Source of the DNA: Nostoc sp. | GTDB taxonomy: Bacteria; Cyanobacteriota; Cyanobacteriia; Cyanobacteriales; Nostocaceae | Length of the DNA: 64,000 nucleotides | Assembly: GCA_036918135.1 (NCBI GenBank) | Contig: JBALDB010000015.1 | Span: 128,001 to 192,000, forward strand | Direction of reading: 5' to 3' | Shown: in pieces, positions 41,955-52,650 of the stretch | How the letters are laid out: the number at the start of each line of letters is the position of its first letter | Position numbering within the stretch: position 1 is the stretch's first letter | Position numbers and translations under genes: made by a program | Notes under the pieces: model-generated | What the model was told of the DNA's origin: nothing | Databases searched by the model: none | Seen by the model: only the letters and a program-made list of their open reading frames with translations

Positions 41955-42695
41955 TTAACTGTTGGCTGGACTCGACCGATCGTCTGGTGCAGCAGGTGTA
42001 TCTTCCTTGGGAGCAGCTACTTTGACCATTGCATGGCGTAGCACGCGATCGCCCAAGTAATATCCGCGCACTAACTCTTCTAACACTGTTCCTTCAGGAT
42101 GTTCATCCGTAGGTTCCCGCATTACTGCTTCGTGCAGATTGGGATCGAATTGTTGACCTTCAGGACGCATGGGTGATACACCCAAACGCTTGAGGGTATC
42201 TACTAATTGTTTATAAACACCTTGGTAACTTTTGTGAATGGTCATTTCGCCATCAGATTGTGGTTTGAGATGCGCTCGCGCCCGCTCAAAATTATCGACC
42301 ACTGGCAGCAATTCCAGAATTGTATTCCGCCTCATCTGCGCCTCTAACTCTTCTTTTTCTTTGCTAGTGCGTTTGCGGTAATTTTCAAAATCAGCGGCAA
42401 TCCGCATGTATTGAGTACTGCGCTCTTCTAATTGCACTTTGAGAGACTCGATTTGTTCTGCCAAAGCTGCGGTTTCTAGCTGAGTTTTATCGGTTGCAGC
42501 GACGCCATATTCTTGATTAGAAGCAGCAGTATCCACCGTTACATTGGTTTGGGCTGCCACTTGCTCAGTAACTTCGCTACCAGATTCATTGGAATTGATT
42601 TGGGCTGGGGAGTCGCTCTTCATTGCTTGCTTTACCTCTGTTGGTTCACCCAATTGCTGGCTTGTATTGTTTATCTGTTTATTTTCATCCATCAT
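41955..42695 (-). CDS. grpE: Nucleotide exchange factor GrpE
   Basis: [20 protein letters not shown] and FDPNLHEA motifs. Confidence 0.96.
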   Translation of the reverse strand: MMDENKQINNTSQQLGEPTEVKQAMKSDSPAQINSNESGSEVTEQVAAQTNVTVDTAASNQEYGVAATDKTQLETAALAEQIESLKVQLEERSTQYMRIAADFENYRKRTSKEKEELEAQMRRNTILELLPVVDNFERARAHLKPQSDGEMTIHKSYQGVYKQLVDTLKRLGVSPMRPEGQQFDPNLHEAVMREPTDEHPEGTVLEELVRGYYLGDRVLRHAMVKVAAPKEDTPAAPDDRSSPANS

Positions 42696-42863
42696 TGTCT
42701 ACTGATTCCAGATACTTTTTATGGCATTAAATCTCCATAGCTTGCTATTGTCGTCATTTACGACTTGCAACTGAGGCTGATTTTATTGCCCACAAGTTCC
42801 TGGAGTGATGTCATCGTCATCTTATTGTGACAAATGGTGAACACGCTAGTTGAGATACTCCTA

Positions 42864-42879
42864 GTGCGGTAACCCGAAC
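42864..42879. promoter_or_regulatory. K-box-like chaperone regulatory element
   Basis: GTGCGG-TAAC-CCGAAC differs by one base from the K-box consensus GTTCGG-NNAN-CCNNAC; about 170 bp upstream of grpE. Confidence 0.6.
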
Positions 42880-43265
42880 GAGTAGCGTAACTCTATGAGT
42901 AAGTATTTTGCAAGAGTGGCGTCTGAATCTGATTTGCCCCTCATCTTATTCATGGATCGGTTTTTTAATCAGTTATTACTTAAAATTTAACGATTTATCT
43001 AATATTGTCATTCCTTCAAAAGTGTTAAGTAGTTGAGTCATCCAAGAGGACAAGGAGATAAAAACAGAAGTCTGAGCGTTAACTTCCGGTGTAGGCACTA
43101 TGTACTCAGGGAACTCGAAGAAATAAATTATTCCATTTGAAGTTTATGACTAATAACTGTTGACTTTTTTACTCGACACTTAGGACTTTTTTGAGCTATG
43201 AGAATTCTGCGTCACATGCTGGGAATACTCTAAGCAGAGGTTTCCCCAAATCAATTGCTCCCTTT

Positions 43266-45272
43266 ATGACTTACTCGTCACCGCAACGGCGCAGTACCGC
43301 TCTAACTACTAGAACAGAGTTTTCGCCTTTTGGCAACAAGCTAGTGCAATCTGGCTATGTTAATAGCGAACAGATGAGGCAGGCATTAATCGAAAGCCGC
43401 AAGTCCGGTAGACCCTTAACGGAAGTATTAGAGTCAATTACCGGACAACAGCTATCACCTGAGTTGCTCAGGCAATATAAAAAACAGCAGCTATTTGAAT
43501 TAAAAATACTCTACGGTGTTGAATTTCTCGATCCAGAAGTCAACTCCTTTGGCAACACAATGGTGGGGAACCTGATTGATACCCTGATTCCAGTCGATAT
43601 TTGCCGTCGCCATCGTTTGGTGCCACTGTCGAAACACGAAGATCAAACTCCACCTTCAGTTTTAGTGGCAATGGTTGCTCCGGATAATCTGGAGGCTTGC
43701 GATGACCTTAACCGGATCTTGCGCCCCCAAGGTTTGGCATTGCAGCGTATGGTGATTACACAGGAAGACTACCAGCAGCTAATCAACCAATATTTAGATG
43801 ACCTGGCTGTACGGCAAAAGCACCTGGAACAAGAAAAGTTTACAGATATTAATCAAGATTTAGAAAATCTCGGAAATCTCGACCTTGAGGATGCTCCTGA
43901 TGAAATGGAGGCTGATTTAGGGGCAGCGATGAAAGGTGCAGAGGATGCCCCGGTGATCAACTTAGTCAACAGAGTTTTGGCTAAAGCCTTACATGAGAAG
44001 GTTTCTGATATTCATGTTGAACCACAAGAAGAAAACTTACGCATTCGCTTCCGTAAAGATGGAGTGCTGCGTGAAGCTTTCCCCCTGATGCCAAAAAAAA
44101 TTATCCCAGCGGTGACAGCTCGGTTTAAAATCATCTCCAATCTAGATATTGCCGAGAGGCGTCTACCCCAAGATGGACGCATCCGCCGGATGTTTGAGGG
44201 ACGTAAGGTAGACTTCCGTGTAAATACTTTACCCAGTCGCTACGGGGAAAAGGTAGTACTGCGGATTTTAGATAATTCTTCTACTCAACTTGGATTGAAT
44301 AAATTAATTACCGATCCGGAGACTTTGCATATTGTGCAGGATATGGTCAGCCGTCCGTTTGGTCTGATATTAGTAACGGGGCCAACTGGTTCGGGTAAAA
44401 CAACCTCGCTGTATTCGGCACTAGCAGAAAAGAACGATCCCGGAATTAATATCAGTACTGTAGAAGACCCAATTGAATATAGTCTTCCAGGGATTACTCA
44501 AGTTCAGGTGATTCGAGAAAAAGGGTTGGATTTTGCTACGGCTTTGCGGGCTTTCTTGCGACAAGATCCAGATGTGCTACTAGTGGGTGAAACACGGGAC
44601 AAAGAAACGGCAAAAACAGCAATTGAAGCTGCCTTGACTGGTCACTTAGTATTAACTACTTTACATACTAATGATGCCCCAGGAGCGATCGCTCGTTTGG
44701 GAGAAATGGGAATTGAGCCTTTCATGGTTTCTAGTTCTTTGATTGGCGTTTTGGCTCAACGTCTGGTACGGCGGGTATGTTCTGAATGTCGCATTGCCTA
44801 TACTCCGACAACTGAGGAACTGGCACGTTATGGTCTATCAGCTTCCTCTGATGTGGGGGTCACTTTCTATAAAGCTAACACTTTGACATTAGAAGCGATC
44901 GCTGAAGCCAAAAGCAAAAATCATCTTTGCTCAACATGTAATGGGGTCGGCTACAAAGGTCGTTGTGGTGTTTATGAAGTCATGCGAGTTACCGAAAACC
45001 TACAAACCCTGATTAACGAAGAAGCACCTACGGAACGCATCAAAGAAGTCGCGGTGGAAGAGGGCATGAAAACCTTGTTGGCTTACAGTCTAGACTTAGT
45101 GCGCCAAGGTGCCACCACCCTCGAAGAAGTAGAACGGGTGACCTTTACTGATACGGGTTTGGAAGCAGAGTTAAAAGCCAAACGCAAAATTGGTCTTACC
45201 TGCCAGACTTGTAATGCCACATTGAAACCAGAATGGCTAGATTGTCCCTACTGTCTAACATCTCGTTTTTAA
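43266..45272 (+). CDS. pilB: Type IV pilus assembly ATPase PilB
   Basis: GPTGSGKTT, EDPIE and RQDPD motifs; C-terminal CxxC...CxxC extension. Confidence 0.95.
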   Translation: MTYSSPQRRSTALTTRTEFSPFGNKLVQSGYVNSEQMRQALIESRKSGRPLTEVLESITGQQLSPELLRQYKKQQLFELKILYGVEFLDPEVNSFGNTMVGNLIDTLIPVDICRRHRLVPLSKHEDQTPPSVLVAMVAPDNLEACDDLNRILRPQGLALQRMVITQEDYQQLINQYLDDLAVRQKHLEQEKFTDINQDLENLGNLDLEDAPDEMEADLGAAMKGAEDAPVINLVNRVLAKALHEKVSDIHVEPQEENLRIRFRKDGVLREAFPLMPKKIIPAVTARFKIISNLDIAERRLPQDGRIRRMFEGRKVDFRVNTLPSRYGEKVVLRILDNSSTQLGLNKLITDPETLHIVQDMVSRPFGLILVTGPTGSGKTTSLYSALAEKNDPGINISTVEDPIEYSLPGITQVQVIREKGLDFATALRAFLRQDPDVLLVGETRDKETAKTAIEAALTGHLVLTTLHTNDAPGAIARLGEMGIEPFMVSSSLIGVLAQRLVRRVCSECRIAYTPTTEELARYGLSASSDVGVTFYKANTLTLEAIAEAKSKNHLCSTCNGVGYKGRCGVYEVMRVTENLQTLINEEAPTERIKEVAVEEGMKTLLAYSLDLVRQGATTLEEVERVTFTDTGLEAELKAKRKIGLTCQTCNATLKPEWLDCPYCLTSRF

Positions 45273-45477
45273 GATTAAGTCATTAGTCACTTGTACTGAG
45301 CGTACCCCTGCTCTTAAGCAAGCTACGCGTAGCGTCTTTGTTAGGAGAAGCCGTTGGCGCAGCCTCTCGTAGAGAAGTATTGGTCGTTAGTCATCGGTTA
45401 ATACCTAATAGCTTAAAACAACTCATAGATGACAACTGACAAAGGATAAATAACAAACATTATAAGGAAACAGAACT

Positions 45478-46611
45478 ATGGAAATGATGATTGAAGACTT
45501 AATGGAGCAAATGATTGAAATGGGAGGCTCAGACCTGCATTTATCCGCAGGTTTACCTCCCTATTTCCGTATCAGTGGCAAACTTACTCCTATAGGTGAG
45601 CATGTGTTGACAGCAGATCAGTGTCAAAGGCTGATTTTTAGTATGCTCAACAACACTCAGCGTAAAACTTTAGAGCAGACGTGGGAGTTGGATTGTTCTT
45701 ATGGTGTTAAAGGTTTAGCTCGCTTTCGGGTGAACGTCTATAAAGAGCGTGGTGCTTATGCTGCTTGCTTACGGGCATTAAGTTCTAAAATTCCTAACTT
45801 TGAAAAATTAGGTCTGCCGGATGTAGTACGGGAAATGTCTGATAAGCCCAGAGGACTAATTCTGGTGACAGGCCCCACAGGTTCCGGGAAAACAACAACT
45901 TTAGCGGCAATGATTGACTTAATTAACCGCACTAAGGCAGAGCATATTTTGACGGTTGAAGACCCAATCGAATTTGTTTACGAACCAATTAAAAGCTTGG
46001 TTCACCAACGACAATTAGGCGAAGATACCAAGAGTTTTGCTAATGCTTTGAAAGCAGCTTTACGGGAAGATCCAGATATTATTCTAGTCGGGGAAATGCG
46101 CGATTTAGAAACGATTTCTTTGGCGATTTCTGCTGCGGAAACAGGACACTTGGTATTTGGAACACTACACACTAGTTCGGCTGCACAAACTGTTGACCGG
46201 ATTATCGACGTTTTTCCCCATGAAAGACAAACCCAAGTGCGGGTGCAGTTATCAAACTCTTTGGTAGCAGTATTTAGCCAAACATTAGTATCTAAGAAAA
46301 ACCCCAAACCAGGTGAATACGGTCGGGTGATGGCTCAAGAAATTTTGATTGTTACTCCCGCTATTTCTAACTTAATTCGAGAAGGTAAAACATCGCAAAT
46401 TTACTCAGCTATTCAAACTGGTGGCAAATTAGGAATGCAAACTCTGGAGAAGGTTTTAGCGGATTTTTACAAAGCAGGAACTATCTCTTTTGAAGCAGCA
46501 ATGTCTAAGACTTCCAAGCCAGACGAAATTCAACGTCTCATAGGTGGTTCCACACCACCGCAAGCAGCAGGTGCAAAACCCGGAGTGAATGGGGCTGCTA
46601 AAGCGCATTAA
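45478..46611 (+). CDS. pilT: Type IV pilus retraction ATPase PilT
   Basis: SDLHL, GPTGSGKTT, LREDPD, AISNLIRE and GMQT motifs. Confidence 0.95.
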   Translation: MEMMIEDLMEQMIEMGGSDLHLSAGLPPYFRISGKLTPIGEHVLTADQCQRLIFSMLNNTQRKTLEQTWELDCSYGVKGLARFRVNVYKERGAYAACLRALSSKIPNFEKLGLPDVVREMSDKPRGLILVTGPTGSGKTTTLAAMIDLINRTKAEHILTVEDPIEFVYEPIKSLVHQRQLGEDTKSFANALKAALREDPDIILVGEMRDLETISLAISAAETGHLVFGTLHTSSAAQTVDRIIDVFPHERQTQVRVQLSNSLVAVFSQTLVSKKNPKPGEYGRVMAQEILIVTPAISNLIREGKTSQIYSAIQTGGKLGMQTLEKVLADFYKAGTISFEAAMSKTSKPDEIQRLIGGSTPPQAAGAKPGVNGAAKAH

Positions 46612-46898
46612 ACGTATGGGAGAGATAGGGGAGGAGCAGAGGGGAAGTTATAAAGTATTACGCCTTGAAATTACACAATCACTTCTTAAGTTTTTTGACT
46701 GCTGAGAGTTAACAGGAGCCAGTGCATTGGAGGGGTTCCCCGGCTTGTTCGCGCAGCGTCTCCCCTTGGGAGAAGCAACTGGCTCTCAACACGAAAAAAT
46801 GTACTGCCTTAGATGCAAGGACAGCTTAGTGAGTCTTTCCCTTGTGTCCCTGTGCTTCTTCCAATACCCAATGACTAACAACTATTTTGAATTGACTT

Positions 46899-48122
46899 AT
46901 GCCAACCTACGTTGCCCGTGTTCGGGACTCGCAAGGAAAATCCCGAACAGAAAAAATTGTTGCTCAATCCTTGAGCCAAGCTCGTACTAATCTCAGAGAC
47001 CAAGGCTTTGTAGTCCAAGAACTCAAACAGTTTCAAGGATTTCAGACAAATTTTAACTTAAAAAAATTTCAGAATTCCTTAGTGAAGGTGTCTGTTAAAG
47101 ACAAAGCCGTTTTTTCTCGTCAATTTGCCGTTTTAATGAATGCCGGAGTTGCAATTGTTAGAAGTCTGGGAGTACTTTCTGAACAGTGTAGTAATCCTAA
47201 ACTTAAACAAGCTCTTATGGACATTAGTAACGATGTTCAAAGCGGAACGAATCTTTCGGAGTCAATGCGGAAGCATCCTGAATGCTTTGATGGATTATAT
47301 GTAAGTATGATTCAAGCCGGTGAAGTTGGTGGTGTTTTAGACGAAGTATTGAATCGCTTAGCCAAGTTGTTAGAAGATGTTGCCCGCTTACAAAACCAAA
47401 TTAAATCAGCATTATCTTATCCAACAGTCGTGGGTTTTATAGCAGTTGCTATTTTTCTCGGTATGACTATTTTTCTTATTCCCATTTTTGCCACAATTTT
47501 TGTGCAAATTGGAACTGAATTACCACCTCTAACACAATTCCTGATGGATGCTAGTTTATTTTTGAGAAGTCCAAAGGTTTTCATACTTATCGGTGTTCTT
47601 ATAGGATTAAAAATTGCCTATTCAAAGTACTCTAAAACTCCTGTTGGTCGCCAAACAATCGATCGCCTTTCCTTGAAGATGCCGTTATTTGGTGACTTAA
47701 TTCAAAAATCTTCAGTTGCCCGTTTTAGCAGGACTTTTGGGTCTTTGACTCGTTCAGGCGTACCAATTTTAACTTGCTTGGAAATTGTCCGAGATACATC
47801 AGGAAACCAAATAATTGCTAATGCCATAGATGCAGCCCGCATAGAAATTCAACAAGGAGGTATGATTAGCATTGCTTTACAAAAAGATAAAGTTTTTCCA
47901 GCTATGGCAATTCAAATGATTAGTATTGGCGAAGAAACAGGAGAATTAGATGGAATGTTGATGAAAGTTGCCGATTTTTATGAAGATGAGGTTGAGCAAG
48001 CAGTAAAAGCACTCACTAGTGTTTTGGAACCAATTATGATTTTAGTTTTAGGGGGGATGGTTGGTACAATTTTGCTGGCAATGTATTTACCAATGTTTAA
48101 GGTATTTGAAAAATTGGGATAG
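46899..48122 (+). CDS. pilC: Type IV pilus platform protein PilC
   Basis: FSRQFA, GEVGG, SALSYP, GEETG and AMYLPMF motifs. Confidence 0.95.
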   Translation: MPTYVARVRDSQGKSRTEKIVAQSLSQARTNLRDQGFVVQELKQFQGFQTNFNLKKFQNSLVKVSVKDKAVFSRQFAVLMNAGVAIVRSLGVLSEQCSNPKLKQALMDISNDVQSGTNLSESMRKHPECFDGLYVSMIQAGEVGGVLDEVLNRLAKLLEDVARLQNQIKSALSYPTVVGFIAVAIFLGMTIFLIPIFATIFVQIGTELPPLTQFLMDASLFLRSPKVFILIGVLIGLKIAYSKYSKTPVGRQTIDRLSLKMPLFGDLIQKSSVARFSRTFGSLTRSGVPILTCLEIVRDTSGNQIIANAIDAARIEIQQGGMISIALQKDKVFPAMAIQMISIGEETGELDGMLMKVADFYEDEVEQAVKALTSVLEPIMILVLGGMVGTILLAMYLPMFKVFEKLG

Positions 48123-48251
48123 GAGATTAAGAGTTAGGAGTTAATAGTTATAAGTTAACATTTGAAGTTCTTTATTATTAAATTTTTAATTTCTAACTTA
48201 TAAACTTTCTTCTTAACTGCTAACTCCTAAATACTTACTATTTAATAAACT

Positions 48252-48812
48252 ATGACTGTCCAAAAATCTCATTATGAAGCAAGCTTGGCAGAGTACAGTA
48301 ATCATCTCGCTGCGATCGCCTTACTAAAACAACATCGTCCATACTTGGAGATGATTCCCAGTCTGCGCCGTCCAGATGAGAGTGTGATTGCTATTCCTTT
48401 ACCAATTGTTCGTCTTCGCAAAACTGCTACAAAAGAACTACAAGCAATTTGTTTACCCTGTGATGTAGCACTTTTAATGTGCGATCCAGAGTGGAAAATC
48501 AAAACTGGAGTAGAGATTTTAATTTTTATTCATCGTCCCCATGAAGATTTTTCTGATTTGTTAGGACGTTGGCGACAATCCCAAGTTTTTTTAGACAATG
48601 ATTATGAATGGTTGATGCCTCTCCGTCACAGCCATATTTTAAGTGAAGGAGCTAATAGTATATATCCTTTATTTATAGTTTTTCATGGAACATCAGAACG
48701 TATCCAGCGAGGTCTTGTTGGAGCAGAACTTCCATTTATTATGGAAACATCAAATTTTTTAATCGAAGAGAATTATACAGACACTTTTTCTCCAGAAATT
48801 CCCCCTGCTTAA
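48252..48812 (+). CDS. Hypothetical protein
   Basis: 186-aa ORF directly after pilC; no family recognised. Confidence 0.7.
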   Translation: MTVQKSHYEASLAEYSNHLAAIALLKQHRPYLEMIPSLRRPDESVIAIPLPIVRLRKTATKELQAICLPCDVALLMCDPEWKIKTGVEILIFIHRPHEDFSDLLGRWRQSQVFLDNDYEWLMPLRHSHILSEGANSIYPLFIVFHGTSERIQRGLVGAELPFIMETSNFLIEENYTDTFSPEIPPA

Positions 48813-48910
48813 CTAAAGCAAAAGGTAAAACTAAAAAGGCAAAAAAAGAATTTATTTTTTCTTTTGCCTTTTTACTTTTCTAGAGACGCGATTAATTGCG
48901 TCTCTACTTA

Positions 48911-49915
48911 TTACCTGACAAATTGAGGCATAATTTCCGCAGCGGTAAATATTCCATAGATGCCGCGTTGATGCAATTGCCTACCAGCTTTGAGATAGCC
49001 GAAAGCAGGGCCGCAGACATTGGCTGCCATGCTGGTTTCATCTCCTAAAGTAAAGGTATGAGTGGAAATTTTACCTTCAAAGGTGCGTCCTGTTACCTTA
49101 ACGTTAGTGCTAAGGGGTTTTTTAGGATTGCGAGTATCAACTACACCACCAACAGTAACGCGATCGCGCCCCACTATCCCAGCTACCTCTAACATTACAT
49201 CATCGGCGTGTTCCATATTCTCTAAAGTCAGCACGCCATTGGTTTTATCTAATAGTGCTTCCACCTCTGCATCAGTCATCGCCCTAGCAGTTTCCACCGT
49301 GTAACCAGGCATATGTCCGATATCTTCCCGAACGGTGGCGCGGTAGGCTTCCCAGTTGGCAATTCCGACACCAAAGGCAATTTCTACGTTGTGGATTTCG
49401 GCATAGCTTTGGGCGGCTAAAGCGGCAGCGGCAGTTAATAGTCCAGGTGTAGCACCACATCCTGTCATGTAAGTGATTCCAGCTGCTTGCAGTTCCTCTT
49501 TCATTGCCAGTAATTGTTCTACAGCACTGGTGCGCTTAATTGCATCCACTAGCACACCCTGCCAACCAGATTCAATAAACTGCTTAGCAACAGAGGGAAT
49601 AAAATCATTTGGTAAGTTGGGTAAAGCCAGAAAATACCCATCTACACGCTGAGTGGTAGCGATTAAATCTTGAATACTGTTATTACTTAATGTGCCAATC
49701 GGCTCTAGATAACCTACTGAGCCTTGAGACTGATACGTAACAATGCATTCTTGAGTATTTAAACCTTCACCAGCGTAAGCGTAGCCTTTTTGATCTGCTG
49801 CTGCGACTAAAATCATTTCACGTTTGCCAGCAAGTAGCTTGGCGGCGGCTTGTCCAAGTCCGCCAAACCCCAGTACTCCCACGCGGATTGTTTTGTTCGC
49901 TTGTTCTGTATTCAT
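48911..49915 (-). CDS. bioU: BioU, (S)-8-amino-7-oxononanoate synthase (saccharopine dehydrogenase-like)
   Basis: [11 protein letters not shown]ossmann motif, [19 protein letters not shown] and TSMAANV motifs. Confidence 0.8.
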   Translation of the reverse strand: MNTEQANKTIRVGVLGFGGLGQAAAKLLAGKREMILVAAADQKGYAYAGEGLNTQECIVTYQSQGSVGYLEPIGTLSNNSIQDLIATTQRVDGYFLALPNLPNDFIPSVAKQFIESGWQGVLVDAIKRTSAVEQLLAMKEELQAAGITYMTGCGATPGLLTAAAALAAQSYAEIHNVEIAFGVGIANWEAYRATVREDIGHMPGYTVETARAMTDAEVEALLDKTNGVLTLENMEHADDVMLEVAGIVGRDRVTVGGVVDTRNPKKPLSTNVKVTGRTFEGKISTHTFTLGDETSMAANVCGPAFGYLKAGRQLHQRGIYGIFTAAEIMPQFVR

Positions 49916-50179
49916 AGTCAATTTGTTGAGTTGAGTTAACAGCTTTCAGTACTTACCGTCTTAGATTTCGGCTTGTGGCTGATGGCTAAAAGCTATAGAG
50001 GTTAATTATGCTTCATTATCCTTGGTTCTCCGGCTGAGCGATGCGTTTTTTTACAGGAAAGTTTTCGCTGGTAATTTGAGATGCAGCAAGATTGCATCAG
50101 TGTTAGTACTATTACGTTATTAGTATAAATTATGCTTTAGTAGTATTAGTTCGCGCGGCACATTAGGAAAAATTAATTC

Positions 50180-50758
50180 ATGAGTTTTGAAGATATTGCC
50201 AGTAAAGCTGTTGAAAAGGGTACAGAAATTGCTGTAGAAAAAACTTTAGGCGTTAAAGACCTAAAGACAGTAAAAGCCGTTGTAGAGACAGGCGCGGCCG
50301 CAGGAGCTGCTGTCAGCGCTGCTACAGGGTTATCTGTTGCGGCAACTTCAGGAGCAGGAATTACTTCGGGCTTAGCTGCGGCAGGTGGTGTGGTTGGTGG
50401 TGGTATGGCGGCCGCTCCTGCTGTATTAGCAGCAGGGCCAGCTTATGCTGGGGCAAAAATAATGAATGAAACTTTGTTCAAAGACCAACCGGATTTATCT
50501 AAAGAAGAACGTGAAGCTCGTGCAGCTGCAAGAACAGCTACAAACATTGGTGCTGCCGCTGGTGTAGCTAGTGCTGGTGCTGTAACAGTAGCTGCTGGTG
50601 CTTCTGGTGCTGCAATTATGAGTACCCTTGCAGGTATCGGTGGTGTTGTTGGCGGAGGTGCAATTGCTGGTACTGCCATAGTTGCTGCTGCACCTGTTGC
50701 TGCTGCTGCAGCTATTGGATATGGAATATACAAACTCTTCGGTGGCGGTAAGGAATAG
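50180..50758 (+). CDS. Ala/Gly-rich glycine-zipper membrane protein
   Basis: Two hydrophobic GxxxG/AxxxA repeats (SGAGITSGLAAAGGVVGGG; SGAAIMSTLAGIGGVVGGG); AGGA RBS. Confidence 0.75.
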   Translation: MSFEDIASKAVEKGTEIAVEKTLGVKDLKTVKAVVETGAAAGAAVSAATGLSVAATSGAGITSGLAAAGGVVGGGMAAAPAVLAAGPAYAGAKIMNETLFKDQPDLSKEEREARAAARTATNIGAAAGVASAGAVTVAAGASGAAIMSTLAGIGGVVGGGAIAGTAIVAAAPVAAAAAIGYGIYKLFGGGKE

Positions 50759-50978
50759 CTTAACTCAGTTGACAAAGTTGAATAAAATTCAATGAATATA
50801 CCCTTGCGATGATTTATGAAGTATAATAGATAGTAAGGAAATAAAATTGAAGTGCCTGTGTATTTTAAGTGCAAATAGCCCTTTGGCTATGAAACTCAAT
50901 TTGCACAGGCATTTTTCATACTTATATTCCCCAAAGTCCATAAGACTATAAAAAAAATTTATGTATAATTAAGTCAAT

Positions 50979-51308
50979 CTAATCCCAAATGCAGAAAATG
51001 CAGTCGCTGACATTCGTAAACTACGTGACTACTGTCTCAATCCAGAGCATGATGAAGGAAAACATAAAGCTCGTTTATTTTCATCAATTCTAGGTATGAC
51101 AGCTGACAATGCTGAAGAATTACAACAGATTCTTCTCAAAGTTGTCAAAACTCATGAAGTTCGCTTGGGACGGCGTGATGAATTTGGACAACGCTACACT
51201 CTAGATTTCACATTGGAATGGCAAGATAGAAGTGCAACTATTCGGAGTGGTTGGATTATCGAAGAAGGTTCTGATGTTCCAAGATTAACAACCTGCTATC
51301 CGCTGTAA
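50979..51308 (+). pseudogene. DUF6883-like putative toxin nuclease; canonical start apparently lost
   Basis: The frame extends 39 codons upstream of the listed ATG (LIPNAENAVADIRKLRDYCLNPEHDEGKHKARLF...) to a TAA at 50970 without an ATG; C-terminal PRLTTCYP. Confidence 0.65.
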
Positions 51309-51328
51309 ATGTTTGGAAGTGAGAGAAG

Positions 51329-51577
51329 ATGACTAAAAATACGGTCAAGTTGCTGGATGTAGTAGCACTGGTAGTTGACCTACCTGAATACAATCTCTGG
51401 CGCGGTCAAGTTGGTACAGTAGTCGAATTATTAGCTGGCGGTGCTGCGTTTGAGGTTGAATTTAGCGATCGCCACGGCCGCACTTACGAATCTATCGGTT
51501 TACGCCCAGAGCAAATTATGGTGTTACATTTTGAGCCAGCATCCCCTGATTCAGTCTCGGAAATGGTGACAGCTTGA
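51329..51577 (+). CDS. DUF4926 family protein (putative immunity/antitoxin)
   Basis: LLDVVAL, GQVGTVVE, FEVEFSD and GRTY motifs. Confidence 0.85.
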   Translation: MTKNTVKLLDVVALVVDLPEYNLWRGQVGTVVELLAGGAAFEVEFSDRHGRTYESIGLRPEQIMVLHFEPASPDSVSEMVTA

Positions 51578-51635
51578 GCAATTGTATCTAAAGCGCTCGC
51601 TTCAAAAAGATTCGAGTAGTATGAGAGGTGTCTTG

Positions 51636-51878
51636 ATGAGTCAAGTGAACTTTGATACCATGAGTGACGCCGAATTGAAACGATACTTTTTAGCAAACCG
51701 CCAAGATCGGGCTGCTTTTCAGGCATACTTGGATAGGTTCAATCAGCGCCCAAAATCAGTTATTGCAAGCCCAGGCGATCCCGATTTTGACGAAAAGATT
51801 CAAGCAGCAATTCGACGGAAACTGGAAGCATTCCGTGGTAGTCAGGCAGCTAACAACACAACAGAGCCGACGGAATAG
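51636..51878 (+). CDS. DUF6887 family protein
   Basis: MSQVNFDTMSDAELKRYFLANRQDRAAFQAYLDR; GAGGTG RBS. Confidence 0.75.
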   Translation: MSQVNFDTMSDAELKRYFLANRQDRAAFQAYLDRFNQRPKSVIASPGDPDFDEKIQAAIRRKLEAFRGSQAANNTTEPTE

Positions 51879-52014
51879 GGCCAGCATTCCCTGATTCACT
51901 TCTACAAATGGTGATAGCTTCAACGATAATAGCCAGAGCGATCGCATCTCTAAAATCAGTCTTCAGAAAATTAGTTTACCAAAGGCGATCGCGCATATAA
52001 AAATTTAAGGATAG

Positions 52015-52134
52015 ATTATTCTCGATCGCATTCGCATAGTGGATAAAGCTAGATTAGTCAAACTACTTGGTCAAATTAGTGACTACGAGCAAAGATTAGT
52101 TCTCGACACATTAACTGAAATGTTTGCTGAATAA
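52015..52134 (+). pseudogene. PemK/MazF toxin C-terminal fragment
   Basis: IILDRIRIVDKARLVKLLGQIS...LDTLTEMFAE*, matching the MazF motif 'LDQIRTVDKxRL'; no 5' part. Confidence 0.65.
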
Positions 52135-52650
52135 TACTTAAAATTTTAATACGGCAGATATCTATGAACACTTTTTGGTGCTGATTTTGACTAGTATCGA
52201 TTTGCAACTAACCACACTCAAGAGGTTTAGAACTGCGATCGCACACCTTACCATTTTGCTGTTAGGTTACACTAAGCTGAATCTCTCCTCACCTATCAGC
52301 AAAGTTAATGATAACGATAAACCTTTATAATAAAATTTATACTATTGTAACTTATCTGGCTAGCTATACTACCTCAAATGCTTATTTTTAGCACTTTTGC
52401 TGCTTGCCTAGCAAACTCAGTTGTTACCTTGACTAATCGATGAGGTTAAGAGAGACTAACTAAAGACTGATGTGTATGCTAATAAAATTAATAATTTTTG
52501 TAAATTTTTTAAGATATATATTTTGAGAGATGGAACATTATTTAACAAATGGCAAGTTTGTATCTAAGTAAAAATGTTCCGACAGCTATATTTTTAGCTT
52601 TCTGCTAAGGCAGTACAATTCAAACGTACTTATCGTGGTTGGCCAAGAGC

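Noticed and set aside
42700..43200. CIRCE element for chaperone genes
   Set aside because: No TTAGCACTC-N9-GAGTGCTAA was seen here or upstream of clpB.
45195..45272. C-terminal Cys motif on PilB
   Set aside because: A known extension of cyanobacterial PilB1.
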